This document shows, piece by piece, positions 59,411 to 59,695 of a stretch of 59,695 nucleotides of DNA. Each line of letters begins with the position of its first letter. Position 1 is the first letter of the stretch. Location: assembly GCA_034780895.1 (NCBI GenBank), contig JAUZTB010000085.1, positions 3,248,600-3,308,294 on the forward strand. Reading direction: 5' to 3'. The notes under the pieces were generated by a model. The model searched no databases. It had not been told where the DNA came from and saw nothing but the letters and a program-made list of their open reading frames with translations. The stretch is from Rhynchobatus australiae (lineage: Eukaryota). The position numbers and the translations under genes are program-made.

Positions 59411-59695
59411 GGCGCCAATGTTACTTGCTAATTATGAGATCATTTTACCTTGTTGCTTTGATTTCTCAGTGTTAAGACGCGACAGGATAATCTAATGCCA
59501 GTTATGTTTTCTTCAAGTCATTAAAACTCAGTGAACTCGGTAAGTTTTCGTCACGTTAAATAACATTCGGCTGTCACAATGTTGAGCAAACTCACAGATA
59601 ACCCAAATGCTGCACACCGATACAAGACTGGAGTCAGGATACTTCCTCAGGACAAACACAGGCAGTAACTGGAAGGAATCTTGCCTTGGAGATCA

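Overview
This is vertebrate nuclear DNA, not prokaryotic. The repeat landscape (CR1 and Rex1/Babar LINEs, HE1/V-SINE-like SINEs, Penelope-like fragments, a 52-bp satellite) and the gene content point to a cartilaginous fish, probably a ray or skate. It is a fragmented short-read scaffold with nine 100-N gaps and one 31-N gap, and several gaps have overlapping flanks. The main genes are three paralogous two-exon class A GPCRs of the GPR139/GPR142-like type. Two are intact on the minus strand (6158->3306, 323 aa once a false gap is closed; 23138->16562, 324 aa) and one on the plus strand (39615->48297) has a 1-nt frameshift and has lost the ECL2 cysteine. The first exons are not in the ORF track and were found by hand. 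Also present: one NBAS exon, an unidentified decayed three-exon gene at the right end, a candidate orphan micro-exon, a 3'-truncated epsilon-like endogenous retrovirus (LTR, tRNA-Arg PBS, gag-pro-pol), a decayed L1 carrying two solo LTRs, and a misplaced diverged duplicate of the region upstream of GPCR 2. The most interesting signal is the GPR139-like cluster, which shows birth-and-death evolution with a hypervariable TM3/ECL2 pocket, as expected for a chemosensory or metabolite-receptor repertoire (inference). Repeat boundaries are approximate unless a TSD or terminus is cited.
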